Below are positions 1-13,358 of a stretch of 64,000 bases of DNA, one piece after another. Source of the DNA: Octopus vulgaris. Lineage: Eukaryota. The position numbers and the translations under genes were made by a program. The notes beneath the pieces are model-generated. The model ran no database searches. It saw only the letters and a program-made list of their open reading frames with translations, and was not told where the DNA came from. Position 1 is the first letter of the stretch. Each line of letters opens with the position of its first letter. Location of the stretch: the NCBI GenBank assembly GCA_951406725.2, contig OX597816.1, positions 22,506,001 through 22,570,000 on the forward strand. The letters are read 5' to 3'.

Positions 1-585
1 GAGAGAAAAGAAGAACACACGTGGAGTTTAACTATTTACGACAGTTGTTTCGACAGTAAATTTGTTATTGAAGAAATACTTCGATTATCACGATTAGGTC
101 ATGAAAAGAAAAAAAGAAAAAAAAAAGAAAACAATTCTCGTTATCTGATTTTCAACATAGAGAAATTCGCTTGGACCAATGGCTGCATAGGTGAATCGAT
201 CGTGAATTTTTTCCTCTAACTTATATTTGAAATTACTGGACGGGCGCGCATTTAATTCATTATATAGCCGTGGTAATCGTGTTTTTCATCAACAAAGAAA
301 CCTGCCAAAAAAGCAGTTGTGACTCTTTAAACACCACCTGTGTTATTTTTCAATGCAAAAACTGTTATTCGCACCATGATTTTAGATCAATAAGTTGCAT
401 GTAGATATGTGTTTCTGTGTCTGAGTGAGTGTGTTTGTGTGTCTGTGTTTGTGTTTGTATGCAGAAAAGAACAGAAAGGAAAATAACTTCTAACAATGCA
501 AAAAATTTTACAAAACTCTTTTTTTCTATTTCTGCTCTACAATGCTTCAAGCGAATTACAATGCTCTTTATATATATATATATAA

Positions 586-659
<74 letters not shown>

Positions 660-858
660 AAGGGTGGAAAGGAACACACGAGTTGATATATATGAAAAAA
701 CAAGTCAAAAATAGAAAATGCTAAGATAATTTTATAGTGAATCTTTCAGTACCGGTTTCGGTCATTTTGAGACCTTTTCAACTGTAACGATTAAGTAATT
801 AAATTTAGAAAAATTAGAAGAAAAGTTTTTTTAAAAGAATATTCCTATAGTAGTGTTC

Positions 859-860
<2 letters not shown>
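660..860 (-). mobile_element. Probable solo Penelope-like pLTR between (TA)n tracts
   Basis: ~200-bp island between TA repeats containing a minimal hammerhead with palindromic stem III. Confidence 0.55.
747..784 (-). ncRNA. Minimal hammerhead ribozyme, U3-A8 core variant
   Basis: Minus strand reads CAG-TTGAAAA-GGTC-TCAAAAT-GACC-GAAA-CCGG-TA-CTG. Confidence 0.7.
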
Positions 861-924
<64 letters not shown>

Positions 925-1059
925 GTATATAGATGCATTTATAATTTTGAAACATGTACGTACGTATGAGACTTGACACATCGCGGCTTCGTGAATGTTA
1001 AAAATATTTAGATTCTAAAGAACCATACACTTGATTTCATCATACTGAATCATAAATCT

Positions 1060-1265
1060 CTATACATTTTTGCATTATTTTCTCTCCCCATTTTTTCTTT
1101 CCGTCTCTCTCTGTTTTTTCTTTTTTTCTCTTAACCCTTTCTGTCGAAGAGCGTAGGCTCGAAATGCAAAATTCTTTTCCATTCTTCCCGAGCGTCAGAC
1201 TAATACACCTGCTTGTTCCTACACCTGTTTTCGTCTTTCGTTTACTGTAAATTTGAACTATGTAT
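1060..1265 (+). mobile_element. Solo Neptune-type Penelope pLTR with degenerate hammerhead (1138-1171)
   Basis: Similar to 40770-40950: CTGTCGA-A-GAGC-GTAG-GCTC-GAAA, followed by gagcg..ctaatac..cacctg..ttcgtcttt. Confidence 0.7.
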
Positions 1266-1879
1266 AAAAGTATGTGTGTGTGATGACTTGAAATATACGT
1301 ATTTTCTTCAAATGCCACTTCAACAAGCCCCGAAACATGATTAATATCATCCTCCGTACGCACAAATTATCATTGTTCATAAACAAAGCCATCGGTGATC
1401 TCAGTACACCTCTTAACATTTGCATTAGATCAGAAGATGGCGGTTGACTCAGTGAAAGTATGTAAGTATGTGTTATGTATGTGTGTGCACGCGTCTGCCT
1501 ATATGCACAAGCACATAGCATCCTCACGCGTTCAGATTTACCCTTATGTGCGTACATATAAAATAGATCATATTCACTGTTTTTGATTAATGCAAATGAA
1601 ACTAATGAAAAAACTCATAGAAGAGATTTGACGTAAAAGAACAATGAATTATTGAATACATTTCCTCTGAATAATACAAATATGTTAAAAAGGAATAAAT
1701 CTTCTTTGAACCTCTACTACTAAAATCTAAATCTCTGATATAAATTGACCTCAAGTTATGCAGTGTATGGCTGAAAGAAAACGGAAATTTATTTGTATGT
1801 TCGTGGATTGTAAGCTCTCGTAGCGAAGATCCTTGTATCTTTCAAATCATCCGTGCCTTTTCATGCCAGATACTATATT

Positions 1880-2495
1880 CTTTTGTACTCTCGGCACAAC
1901 ATTCGAAAGTTTGGGGGAGGGGACCGGTTGATTATATCGGCCACAGTACGCAACTTGTACTTAATTTATCGACCTCGAAAGGATGAAAGGCAAAGTCGAC
2001 CTCGGCGGAATTTGAACTCAGAACGTAAAGACAGACGAAATATCACCAAGCATTTCGCCCGGCGTGCTAACGTTTCTTATTTCTTTATTGCCCACAAGGG
2101 ACTAAACATCGAGAGGACAAACAAGAACAGACAAACGGATTAAGTCGATTACACCGACCCCATTGTGTAACTGGTACTTATTTAATCGACCCCGAAACGA
2201 TGAAAGGCAATGTCGACCTCGGCGGAATTTAAACTCAGAACGTAAAGACAGACAAACTACCGATTTCTTTACTACCCACAAGGGGCTAACACAGAGAGGA
2301 CAAACAAGGACAGACAAACGGATTAAGTCGATTACATCGACACCAGTTCGTAACTGGTACTTATTTAATCGACCCCGAAAGGATGAAAGACAAAGTCGAC
2401 CTTGGCGGAATTTGAACTCAGAACGTAGCGGCAGACGAAATACCGCTAAGCATTTCGCCCAGCGTGTTAACGTTTCTGCCAGCTCACCGCCTTGG
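1880..2495 (-). mobile_element. tRNA-derived SINE family A, tandem/multimeric copies
   Basis: Three repeats of gaccccgaaaggatgaaaggcaaagtcgacctcggcggaatttgaactcagaacg (B box GAGTTCAAATT on minus); head gctggcagaaacgttaacacg. Confidence 0.85.
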
Positions 2496-2871
2496 GTATC
2501 TCTGATATTCTTTTATATTCTAGGCATTTCGCCCGGCGTGCTAATGCTTTTGCCAGCTCGCTGCCTTACATGCAAGATAAAATGACAACCTGTCAAAGAG
2601 CAATTAATGATATGAACGAGACTGCAGAATGAAAAACATTACGTTAATTACAACAATGCTATAGCTTAAAACTGACTCTAAGCAGGTGTGTGATTGTGTT
2701 GCTACAACCTGCACTTGTTAGAACAAGTAAATGAGCCAAGTTAGTGCTAGGAACGAAACACTCAATATCCTCAGCGATTTTCAGGGCCGCTGTTACTGAG
2801 TTGCTTGATCCATCGCTGTTGTTAGTTGCCTTACATTTCCACTTTTGTTGTTGCTGCAGCTCTCAGTGTTT

Positions 2872-2928
2872 CCTCTTCTTCTTCTTCTTCTTCTTCTTCT
2901 TCTTCTTCTTCTTCTTCTTCTTCTTCTT

Positions 2929-2958
<30 letters not shown>
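2872..2958. repeat. (CTT)n microsatellite
   Basis: Direct reading. Confidence 0.95.
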
Positions 2959-2959
<1 letters not shown>

Positions 2960-3239
2960 TCAGGACTCACGCCATTAGCCACAAAGAATAATCTCTAATT
3001 CGAGCCTACTCTAAGCTACTAAGAATGCGTGCGGCAACTTGAAGATCCACCCACCCACGCGATAGTCTGGTGGTTGCACGGGTGCTAAACTACGTTGTTA
3101 TCCTCATTCCGTAAACGGTGGCTTTTAACGGGTGGAGAGCTGAACCATCCTGGGATTCAGAAGATTCGCAATCTAGACTAGGGTCTGAAAGTTTACCACA
3201 CCATGGTGGGTTACAGCATGGTTCCTCTGCTTTGTGGCA

Positions 3240-3432
3240 GAAGTAGGAAGAACTAGTGAGAGAAAGTTGTGGTGAAAGAGTACAGAGGGCTTCACCCCAC
3301 CCCCACCCCGCCGGTGCCTCGTAGAACTCAGGTGTTTTGCTCAATAAACAAACAAAATCCCGGACTGGAAATAGAAACCGCGTTCTTACGACCGCACATC
3401 CGCTGCCCTAACCGCTGTGACATTGCGCCTCC
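3240..3432 (-). mobile_element. tRNA-derived SINE family B, 5' part
   Basis: Reverse complement of the ggaggcgcaatg..gcggttagggcagcgga head seen at 13558 and 52385. Confidence 0.75.
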
Positions 3433-3899
3433 GCGCTGCTGCTGCTGTCAGTATTTTTGCTGCTGTGGCCTTCAATCTTGTTTTTGCTATTCATGCTCCT
3501 ACTACGTTTGCTGGTTATCACTGTTGCTATAGTGATATGTGGTAGGAAGCGTATGTGGTGAACGATAATTTAACTATAGTATGCCTCTATTCCTTGTCAA
3601 CTCTCAAAGACGGGAGTTTTGGAATTATTTCCACAAAATTTCTACGCTCTGAAAAAATTTTGAAAAATATTTGCTTTCATTTAGATGATCAACAAAAAGA
3701 GATTAACAACCACTTAAAATGCTGCTCGATTTTATAAGGAGAGTATCTGATATAGAAAAACCTGAAAGTAACGGAGATACTAGAAGCATCACAAACGATG
3801 CAAACCAGATTTTACATAACAAGTTTAAAACATGAAACATGCAAATCCAAAAACCTGAAAGTAGAACACAAGGCAAAACACATTGTACTAAGTAGATGA

Positions 3900-3920
3900 A
3901 CAGCAGTAGCAGTAGTGATG

Positions 3921-3972
<52 letters not shown>

Positions 3973-4183
3973 CAGTAGTATTTGTTGTTGTAGTAGTAGT
4001 AGTAGCAGCAGCAGTAGTAGTAGTAGTAGTAGTAGTAGCAGTAGTAGTAACAACTGCAACAACAACAATCACAATGCTAATAATACCGATAGTCGTAATA
4101 TTATTATTATTATTATTAATAATAATAATAACAATAATAAAGATGTAAATAATAATAATAATGATAATAATAGCGACAATGAT

Positions 4184-4222
<39 letters not shown>

Positions 4223-4225
4223 GTA
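3900..4225. repeat. Compound (TAG)n/(TAA)n microsatellite
   Basis: Direct reading; 4038-4188 is duplicated in inverted form at 15753-15903. Confidence 0.95.
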
Positions 4226-4227
4226 AA

Positions 4228-4779
4228 ATGCCCTGATGCAGTACAAGGCAATCGTTCTCATGGCTTTTGCTCTTAAGTGTTATCATGTACATTATTTTGA
4301 CTTGCTGTAAAAGAGGGCATACAGCAAATATTCTGCTCAATACCACAGAATTTCTTGTCAGTTGTTTGACCTTAACCGGTTGAGCATGTATGTCTCTCAG
4401 TGACTGACGATATGTAAACCACTCATCACGAGCAGAAGTAGAGGGTAGCATCATATCCATGTGTTCAGATGAATTCTTTGAGGCTTGAAAAAAATCACCT
4501 CTGGAAACATGGGTGTTTTGATCATCATCTTTAAAACAAATCTTATTCAGGGACCTGTTGTGCAGGAATAGCAACTCGACATGAAGAAAATTCTAACTGA
4601 GCCCTACCTGCAAGGTCATGCGCTGTTCATTTTGATATGAGATCACTGCGTCACGCACGTATGGTTGTGACATATGTGTCTGGCGTATCCTTATCACACG
4701 GGTAGTCATGATGAGTATGTTGGGCTACCTATTTTAGTATCCTAGTGTCAGTTTGATGGCATACTCTGCTCTATCACTT
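4228..4779 (+). mobile_element. ~560-bp non-coding TAA-inserted element, diverged full-length copy
   Basis: atgccctgatgcagtac...ctgctctatcactt, flanked by (AAT)n; homologous to 7 other copies in the window. Confidence 0.85.
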
Positions 4780-4792
4780 AATAATAATAATG

Positions 4793-4909
<117 letters not shown>

Positions 4910-4963
4910 GTAATAATAGTAATAATAATTATTATTATAATAATAATTATTATTATTATTATT

Positions 4964-5130
4964 CTATGTTTGACTTTTGCTTTATATTTGTACAAGTTGG
5001 CTCCAAGTCTCACCCAGAGACCTCAAGAGACAACAGGGTTGGAAGTTCATGTTGTTGTTATGCCTAGTGTGCCATATATTTGGGGGGTGGGGATGTTGTA
5101 CTAATGAATGTCTAAAAATAAAAAAAAAAA

Positions 5131-5172
<42 letters not shown>

Positions 5173-8100
5173 CGAAAATTATGTTTGTTTTAAACCTTGA
5201 GATTACATAGAGAGTATTTTGCGTAGGATATGAGCAGTTCCCATGAGCACTATCTTTTGAACTTCTGCCATTTTTGGGTTTCCTGGTATCTGAGTTAGGT
5301 AGCTATCAGCCCCTTTTGCTATCATTCCCAGGGCACCTATGACAACAGGTATTGTTTTAGTCTTCAGCTTCCACATTTTGCTGATTTCTATTTCAAGATC
5401 TTTATATTTGCTCAGTTTTTGGTAGGTCTTGACAGATACGTTTATATCGATTGGGACAGTCATATCAATGAGGAGGCATGTTCTTTGTTTGAAGTTTTTC
5501 AATATGATGTCTGGCCTATTTGCATCTATCTTCCTGTCAGTTTGAATGGTGAAGTTCCAGAGGAGTGAGATGTGGTCATTTTCAAGCACTGGGGGTGGTT
5601 TGTGTTCCCACCAGTTTTTTTCATGGGGCAAATCCAGGTTTTTACAGATTACCCAGTGAATATATTGTGCAGCTCTATCGTGCCTGTTGAGATACTCTGT
5701 AGGCGCTAGAAGACTGCACTTGGAGACCACATGGTCAATGGTTTCATTTTGTTGCTTGCATACACGACACGTTGGACTGCTTCTGATCTTTAATATGTTG
5801 GCCTGGTAGTTTCTTGTTGGTAGGCATTGATCTTGAGCTGCTATGATAAACCCCTCTGTTTCAGATTTTAAGCCAGAGGCCATTAGCCATTGATGGGTCA
5901 GGGCTTTGTCGATATCTGCATTATTCGCTCTCTTTGGGTATTTGCCATAGAGAGGTTTTTCTTGCCATTTATTATTCAGAATATCTAAGGCCGCAGTTTT
6001 GGCACGGGTTTTCATGCGCCTAGCTTTTTCTGTGCTTGTTTCTTGTATATCTATCTCCGAAATTGGTTGTATTCGGAATTCACTTAGATATTCCTTTGCC
6101 TGTTTTGTGACTGAGTATGATGCTTTCTTGTTTTCATGTTTTGAGACAAGTTTTAGCATCCAGTCCTCAGAGTTTTTCAGGTAGGTGTCTAGGCCAATTG
6201 TAGCAATCTTCATTGTTATTGCCAGTTGCAAAAGACCACGGCCTCCCTCTTTTCTTGGCAGATAGAGTCGTTCTGTATCTGCCTTAGGGTGGTGCATTCT
6301 ATGCATTGTCAACAGTTTCCTTATTTTTCTGTCGAGCTGACATATTTCAGTAATTGACCAGTTAACAATATTGAAACTGTAAGTCACGACTGGTATAGCT
6401 AATGCATTGATTGCTTCGATCCTGTTTCTTGCATTCAGCTCTGTCTTGAGTATTGCTCTCACTCTTCGATAGCATTCTCTCCTGATCCTTTCCTTCGTCT
6501 CTGAATGCCTTATTCCGTTCCCTTCAATTATCCCTAGGTACTTGTAGCTCTCCGCTGGGTCTAGTTCTTTTATGACATTCTGTTGGTCAAGGTTAACGTT
6601 AGATGTTTCTGTCATTTTTCCTTTGATAAAGGTAGCCTTTGCACATTTATCGAGGCCGAATTGCATTCTGATGTCGTCACTGAATTGTTTGACTATCGCT
6701 AGTAAGCCCTTGAGTTGTTGATCATTTTTTGCAAAAAGCTTTAAATCATCCATGTAAACGAGATGATTTATATTTTTATCAAACATTTTATACCCGTACT
6801 GCGCGTCATTGAGCAGCTTTGAGAGAGGTATTAAGGATAAACAAAAGAGGAGTGGTGACAGTGAGTCACCCTGGAAAATGCCACACGAAATTTTTACATC
6901 ACCAGCATTTAGGAATTCACTGTCACTGTTCAGAGTTAGTGTGGTTCTCCATGATCTCATACTTACAGTCAAGAAGTTTCGCAGAGTTGGTGCTATCTTA
7001 TACATTTCAAGGCATTTTCTAATCCAGCTATGTGGTAGGCTATCAAAAGCCTTTTTATAGTCTATCCAGGCTATTGATAAGTTTTTGTGTCGTTTGTGAC
7101 AATCTTCTAAGATCATCTTATTGATGAGTAGTTGGTCTTTACAGCCGTAGGATCCACGTTTACATCCTTTCTGTTCATTAGGGAATATGCTGCTGTCTGT
7201 TAAAAAACTATAGGTATATTCCGTCAGGACAGATGTTAGTGTTTTGTACATAGTTGTTAAGCAAGTTATGGGTCTATAGTTTTTTGGTTCATTTGTTTCT
7301 TCACTTTTTGGAAGCAGGAATGTTAACCCATTAACTAGCCAAGGAGGCATCCTACTAGGGTGTTGCAAAACATCATTGTACAGTTCTGTTAGCAGTTCAT
7401 GGCTCTCTGGGAAGGCATTCAGCCAGAAGTTAGGAATTTTATCCTTTCCTGGAGACTTCCATTTGCTTGACCTCCTGAGAGCAGATCTTATATCTTCTAC
7501 CTTGACACCCTCCCACTTTTGCTCTTCTAAGGGGTCCAGTTCTGTAGATATTCTGTCAATCCAGGGGCCTTTTCGTTGTGTGTTTTTTCTTCTGCCCAGA
7601 TTTTATTCCAAAATCTCTGCACTTCTTCTTTTGATGGTACAGACCCTGCAGTAAACGCTGTTTTTCCTATCTTCCGGTAAAAATTCTTGGTGTTATTTTT
7701 GAACATGTTGTTGTCCTTGAAAAATCTAACACGCTTTTCATACCTCGCTATGCGGGCAGCTTTGGCAGATACCTTTTGTTTGATGGTTTCTATGGTGGCA
7801 TCAATATCAAGTATAGTTTTCATATTGTATTTTTTCAGTAATTTTTGGGTTTTTGTAGGTTTGGTAATCTTGTGAGCCTTAAGGTTTTTCAAATATTCAA
7901 TGTCAGATCTAAATATTTTAATTTGTTGTTGCAGACGCTCTTGCCAAGAAGGCTTTTTGTGGGACTGTTGCCGTTTTCTAATCTTTACACCACATAGGAT
8001 CGTTGAGATTTTCGCGGATGCATAGTATAGGTGGTTGAGGTTTGTGATATCAACATCATTAACTGAAATTATATCCTTAAGTGCAAGCCGGATTTTACCA

Positions 8101-8384
8101 ATTATTTTCATGTTTTGGTTAGAGTTGCGGATTTTAGGAAGTGTATCACGCTCATCCATGCTGGTTTCTTTAATTTTCAGCCATTCAATCATGATTTGAT
8201 TTTTTAGCTCATGTAGTTCTGTTGGGTCAATATTTGTGTGACTTTCTTTATCTATTTGATGCTCATCTGTCTTAGTGTTTATGATTGGTTCAGGGCGTAT
8301 TTCACTTTGCCTATCACTTATACTAACTCTTTCAATCCTCTCTTCGTTTTTATCCGCCCTGGGCTGGTCTATAATCATTTCCTC

Positions 8385-8386
<2 letters not shown>
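4964..8386 (-). mobile_element. R4/Dong-clade non-LTR retrotransposon, family A, 5'-truncated, in (TAA)n
   Basis: RT + CCHC + RLE coding region and ~240-bp 3' UTR; TAA repeats at both ends. Confidence 0.92.
5203..8378 (-). pseudogene. R4/Dong RT-RLE polyprotein with one frameshift near 7565
   Basis: Motifs NYRPITCL, EQKGC, DYKKAFDS, GIFQGDSLSP, YMDD, YKYLG, CRVC..ETIDHVVSKC, RHD, RPDI..LIDMTVP..KLSKY. ORFs 7527-8378 and 5203-7368 join through a C-run (KAP/WIDRIS..WKSPGKDKIPNFWL). Confidence 0.9.
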
Positions 8387-8455
<69 letters not shown>

Positions 8456-8496
8456 TAATAATAATAATAAAATAATAATCGTCATCTTCATCATTA

Positions 8497-9055
8497 ATGC
8501 CCTGATGAAGTACCAGGCAGCGGCTCTCGTGGCTTCTGATCTTAAACTGATTGGAAGTGTTATCATGTACATTGTTTTGTCTTGGTATAAAAGATGGGCG
8601 ACAGCAAATATTCTGCTCAATACCTCAGATTTGCTTGTCAGTTGTTTGACCTTAATCAGTTGAGCATGTCCCTGTAGGTAGCTGATGATATGTGCATCTC
8701 TGATCACGAGCAGAAGTAGTGCGGGAGCATCATAGCCATGTGCTGAGAGGAATTCCTTGGGGTTTGAATAATTCACGCTTAGAAACATAGGAGTTTCGTT
8801 CAACATCCTTAAACAACCCTTATTCAGTGACCTTTTGAGCGGGATGGGCTACTCGATCTGAGAGAAATTCTAACTGGGCCCCACCCGCAATGTCATGCGC
8901 TGTTTATCTTGATGTGAGATCTCCATGTCGCGCACATATGGTTGTAATGCATGTGCCTGGTGTACACTTATCAGATGGGTGGTCATGATGTGTATATTGG
9001 GCTTCGTATATTTTACTCTAGTGTCACTTTGATGACATGCACTGCTCTCTGACTC
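8497..9055 (+). mobile_element. ~560-bp non-coding TAA-inserted element, full-length
   Basis: atgccctgatgaagtaccaggcag...ctgctctctgactc-(AAT)n. Confidence 0.9.
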
Positions 9056-9137
<82 letters not shown>

Positions 9138-9220
9138 TTAATATTAATAATAATAATAATAGTAATAGTAATAATAATAATAATAATAAAAATAATAATA
9201 ATAATAATAACAATAATATT

Positions 9221-9565
9221 AAAAATGTGGCATCTCAAGGCGGTTACAATACCAGAGATCGTAGGAGCACTAGGAATGATCAAGAAGGGAACCGAAAATT
9301 ATATGAGAATGATCCCTGGCTTACCATCCCTGCAAGAAGTGCAAAAGATTGTCTTAACTGGTACATCACACGTATTGAGAAGAGCATTGTCGATGTGAGA
9401 ACTGTTGCTGCTCATGTATTTTAATTTAACTTAAAAAAAAAAAAAAATGAACGAACTATTGAGTTTGGTTTAATGGCTTACCAATGTATACTATAAGTTC
9501 CTTTGCCCTAGGAGTCGGGAAGACACTCGGCAAGAAATGGAAGCAAATTTGAAAGAAGAAAAAAA

Positions 9566-9566
<1 letters not shown>
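9221..9566 (+). mobile_element. R4/Dong family C, 3' fragment
   Basis: 9225-9398 encodes MWHLKAVTIPEIVGALGMI...VQKIVLTGTSHVLRRALSM*, homologous to the family A/B C-termini; 3' UTR then TAA repeats. Confidence 0.85.
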
Positions 9567-9612
<46 letters not shown>

Positions 9613-12308
9613 GATTTACCTGAGATAAAAGAAATGCTGAAGCAAGATATCATTGCCAAAGCACAAAGGATCCGCCGGTACGAGAAACGCCAGCGCTTCT
9701 TTGAACAAAACAAAAAGTTCAACTCCAACCCTAAAAAGTTCTACCAAGAACTTGGCAAAAATAAAAATAAAATAGAAATCACTGCAGCACCAACGGCAGA
9801 AGTGGAAGAATTCTGGAGAGAAATATGGTCGGCGAACGAACAACCCCAAAAAAAGAAGTATCAAAACAACAAACTCAGCATCTGAGCAACTTTGGACCCC
9901 CATAACAACTGAAGAGGTCACCCAGGCACTGCAAAGACTAAGCAACTGGAAGGCACCTGGGCATGACAAGATCCCCAACTTCTGGTTGAAATATCTAACA
10001 GGAATGCACAAAAAGCTGGCTGAAAACTTTAACAACATGCTAGCAGAGCCAGAGACAATGCCTGAATGGCTCACGAAGGGGAAAACCTTCTTAATTCCCA
10101 AATCAAATGAGACAGCAAAACCAGAAAACTACAGACCAATAACCTGTCTCCCTACACTATACAAGGCACTTACTGCAGTGATATCGCAAAGGTTGAACAA
10201 GCACCTGGACGAAAACAACATGTTTCCAGAAGAGCAGAAAGGATGCCGCAAAGGCTCATATGGCTGTAAAGATCAACTAATGATTAATAAAGCCATAACT
10301 GAAGACAGCTACAGAAAGAAGAAAGGCCTCAGTATGGCCTGGATCGATTACAAAAAGGCGTTTGATAGCATCCCCCACACAACGATCCTCGAAACACTAG
10401 CCATTAACAAAGTAGCACTAACCCTTAAAAAATTCATAGGGCACTCTATGAATTAATGGCAAACCGTGCTACAGCTCCAAACAAAAGAGGGACTCATGAA
10501 AACCAAAGCCATCCCCATTAGAAGTGGAATATTCCAGGGAGACACTCTCTCTCCAATCCTTTTCTGCTTGGCACTGTCACCTCTATCTGATATGCTAAAT
10601 AGAACTGGATGCGGATATAAATGTTACGGCAAAACGATCAGCCACCTTTTATATATAGATGACCTAAAACTATACGCTGCAAATGACAAACAGCTGGAAA
10701 GACTATTAAAGACAGTTCATGGATTTACCAAAGAAATAGAAATGAAATTTGGATTAGAAAAATGCGCCAAAGTAACCATGAAAAGAGGAAAACTAGTTAA
10801 GAGCAGTAACATCACACTAGATAAAACCAATGAAATAAAAGAATTAGACGAAAGCCAAAGTTACAAATACTTAGGAATCCATGAACTAGATAAGACACAA
10901 CACTTACAAATGAAAAAGAAAATAAAGAAAGAATATTATAGACGAGTTAGATCAATACTAAAAACAGAGCTCAATGCTAAAAACAAGATAATAGGTATTA
11001 ACACTTTAGCTGTCCCAGTTATAAGTTACAGCTACAATATCCTTAACTGGACACTAAATGAACTGACCAAAATAGATAGGAAAACAAGAAAAATAATGAC
11101 AGGGTCTAGGATGCATCACCCAAAATCCGACATAGAAAGACTATATATACAACGTATAGAAGGTGGTAGAGACCTTATACAGCTGGAAAACTACTATAAA
11201 ATAACCACCATAGGACTTCAAAAATATCTACTTCAGAAGGAAGGAGGACTTACACAAATAGCGGCAAAACACGAGCAAAACAAAAAACTGTTCTCAGTAT
11301 TTAAGGAAGCTGACAAATACAAACAAGAAATCATACCACCTAATAAACATGAAGAAGAAGAAGAAAATGAAGAAACAACAAAAGCTATAAAACAAATGAA
11401 ATCCAAACTAAAGACAGAACAGCAACGAACCATGATAAAACGATGGCAAGAAAAGCCCCTTCATGGTAAATACTGGACTAAACTAAACGCAAAAGAAATA
11501 GACAAATAAAAATCCCAGCAATGGTTGAGAAGCTCAGGACTCAAAGCAGAAACAGAGGGATTTTTAATCGCAGCACAAGACCAAAGCCTCCCCACCAGAA
11601 ATTACCAAAAACATGAAATGAAAAGAAATATAACAAGTAACTGCAGAATATGTGGAGATGGACAAGAAACAATAAATCATATTATCTCTGGCTGCCCAGT
11701 CTTAGCTAAGAAGGAATATATTCACAGACATGACAGAGTTGGAACCTACATACACTGGAAGCTATGCCAACATTATGGAATAACAACAGAAAAAAGATGG
11801 TATAGGCACACACCAGAAAAGGTCACAGAAAACGAGAAAGCAACCATACTCTGGGATATGCCGATACACACAGATAGAGAAATTAAGGCCAACAGACCAG
11901 ATATAGTTGTCAGAGATCATGAAGAAAAAAATGCTTTCTAATTGATGTATCAATACCGGCAGATGCCAACGTGTCTCTAAAAGAAATGGAGAAACTTTTA
12001 AAATACAAAGACCTGGAAATAGAGGTAACCAGAATGTGGAATCTAAAAACAGAAACAATTCCTATCATAGAAGGTGCATTAGGTATGATAAAAAAAATAT
12101 TCAGACAAATACATAGCAAAAACACCAGGACTTACAAGCACATATAACATACAGAAAATTGCACTACTAGGCACTGCACACATTCTACGCAGAACACTTT
12201 CCATACAATGACCATCAGAGCATCACAACAAATCACAGCACATACCCAAGGCACACAGAGCTGCGCTCGGTAGTGAAGTGAAAGGACGCTATAAAAATAA
12301 AACTACTG
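9613..12308 (+). mobile_element. R4/Dong family B, 5'-truncated and degenerate, in (TAA)n
   Basis: ORF pieces 9634-9885, 9986-10456, 10466-11509, 11525-11941 with NYRPITCL, DYKKAFDS, QGDTLSP, YIDD, CRIC..H..C, RHD, RPDI; several stops and frameshifts; TAA flanks. Confidence 0.92.
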
Positions 12309-12312
12309 AATG

Positions 12313-12431
<119 letters not shown>

Positions 12432-12435
12432 TATA

Positions 12436-12799
12436 ATTCTTTCTACAATAGGCACAAGGCCTGGAATTTGTAGGGAGAGGGATAGTTGATTACACTGACC
12501 CCAGTACTTTCGCCCGTAGCGACGGGCGAAATACACCTAACATTTCGTCCGGGTTGTTTACGATTCTGCCTGCTCGCCAATAATAATCCTTTCTACTAAT
12601 GGTACAAAGTCTGAAATTTTGGTGAAGACTAGTCGATCACATCGACCCCAGTACTCACCTGATACTTAATTCATCGACCCTGAAAGAATGAAAGGCAAAG
12701 TCGACCTCGTTGGAATTTGAACTCAGAACATACAGATCGGTGAAATGTGCGCTAAGCATTATGTGTGGCGTGTTAATGATTCTGCTAGCACGCATCCTT

Positions 12800-12800
<1 letters not shown>
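12436..12800. mobile_element. SINE family A-related degenerate copies
   Basis: ctttctacaataggcacaaggcctg tail, gaccctgaaagaatgaaaggcaaagtcgacc core, atttgaactcagaac B box. Confidence 0.65.

Positions 12801-13358
<558 letters not shown>

Noticed and set aside
36-60. Half hammerhead on minus strand (GAAA-CAACTG-TC)
   Set aside because: No CUGANGA-like core or stem II partner found; at most a decayed pLTR.
1853-2585. Recurrent RPRKDERQSRPRRNLNSER peptides (also 34034, 35352)
   Set aside because: Antisense translation of SINE family A.
4228-4290. Resemblance of the TAA element 5' end to U2 snRNA (tgcagtacc; atcgttctc..ggcttttg)
   Set aside because: Short, out of order, and seen mainly in the most diverged copy.
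4400-4520. CTGACGA within the TAA element as a hammerhead core
   Set aside because: No GAAA/stem III in the required position; the flanks pair directly with each other.
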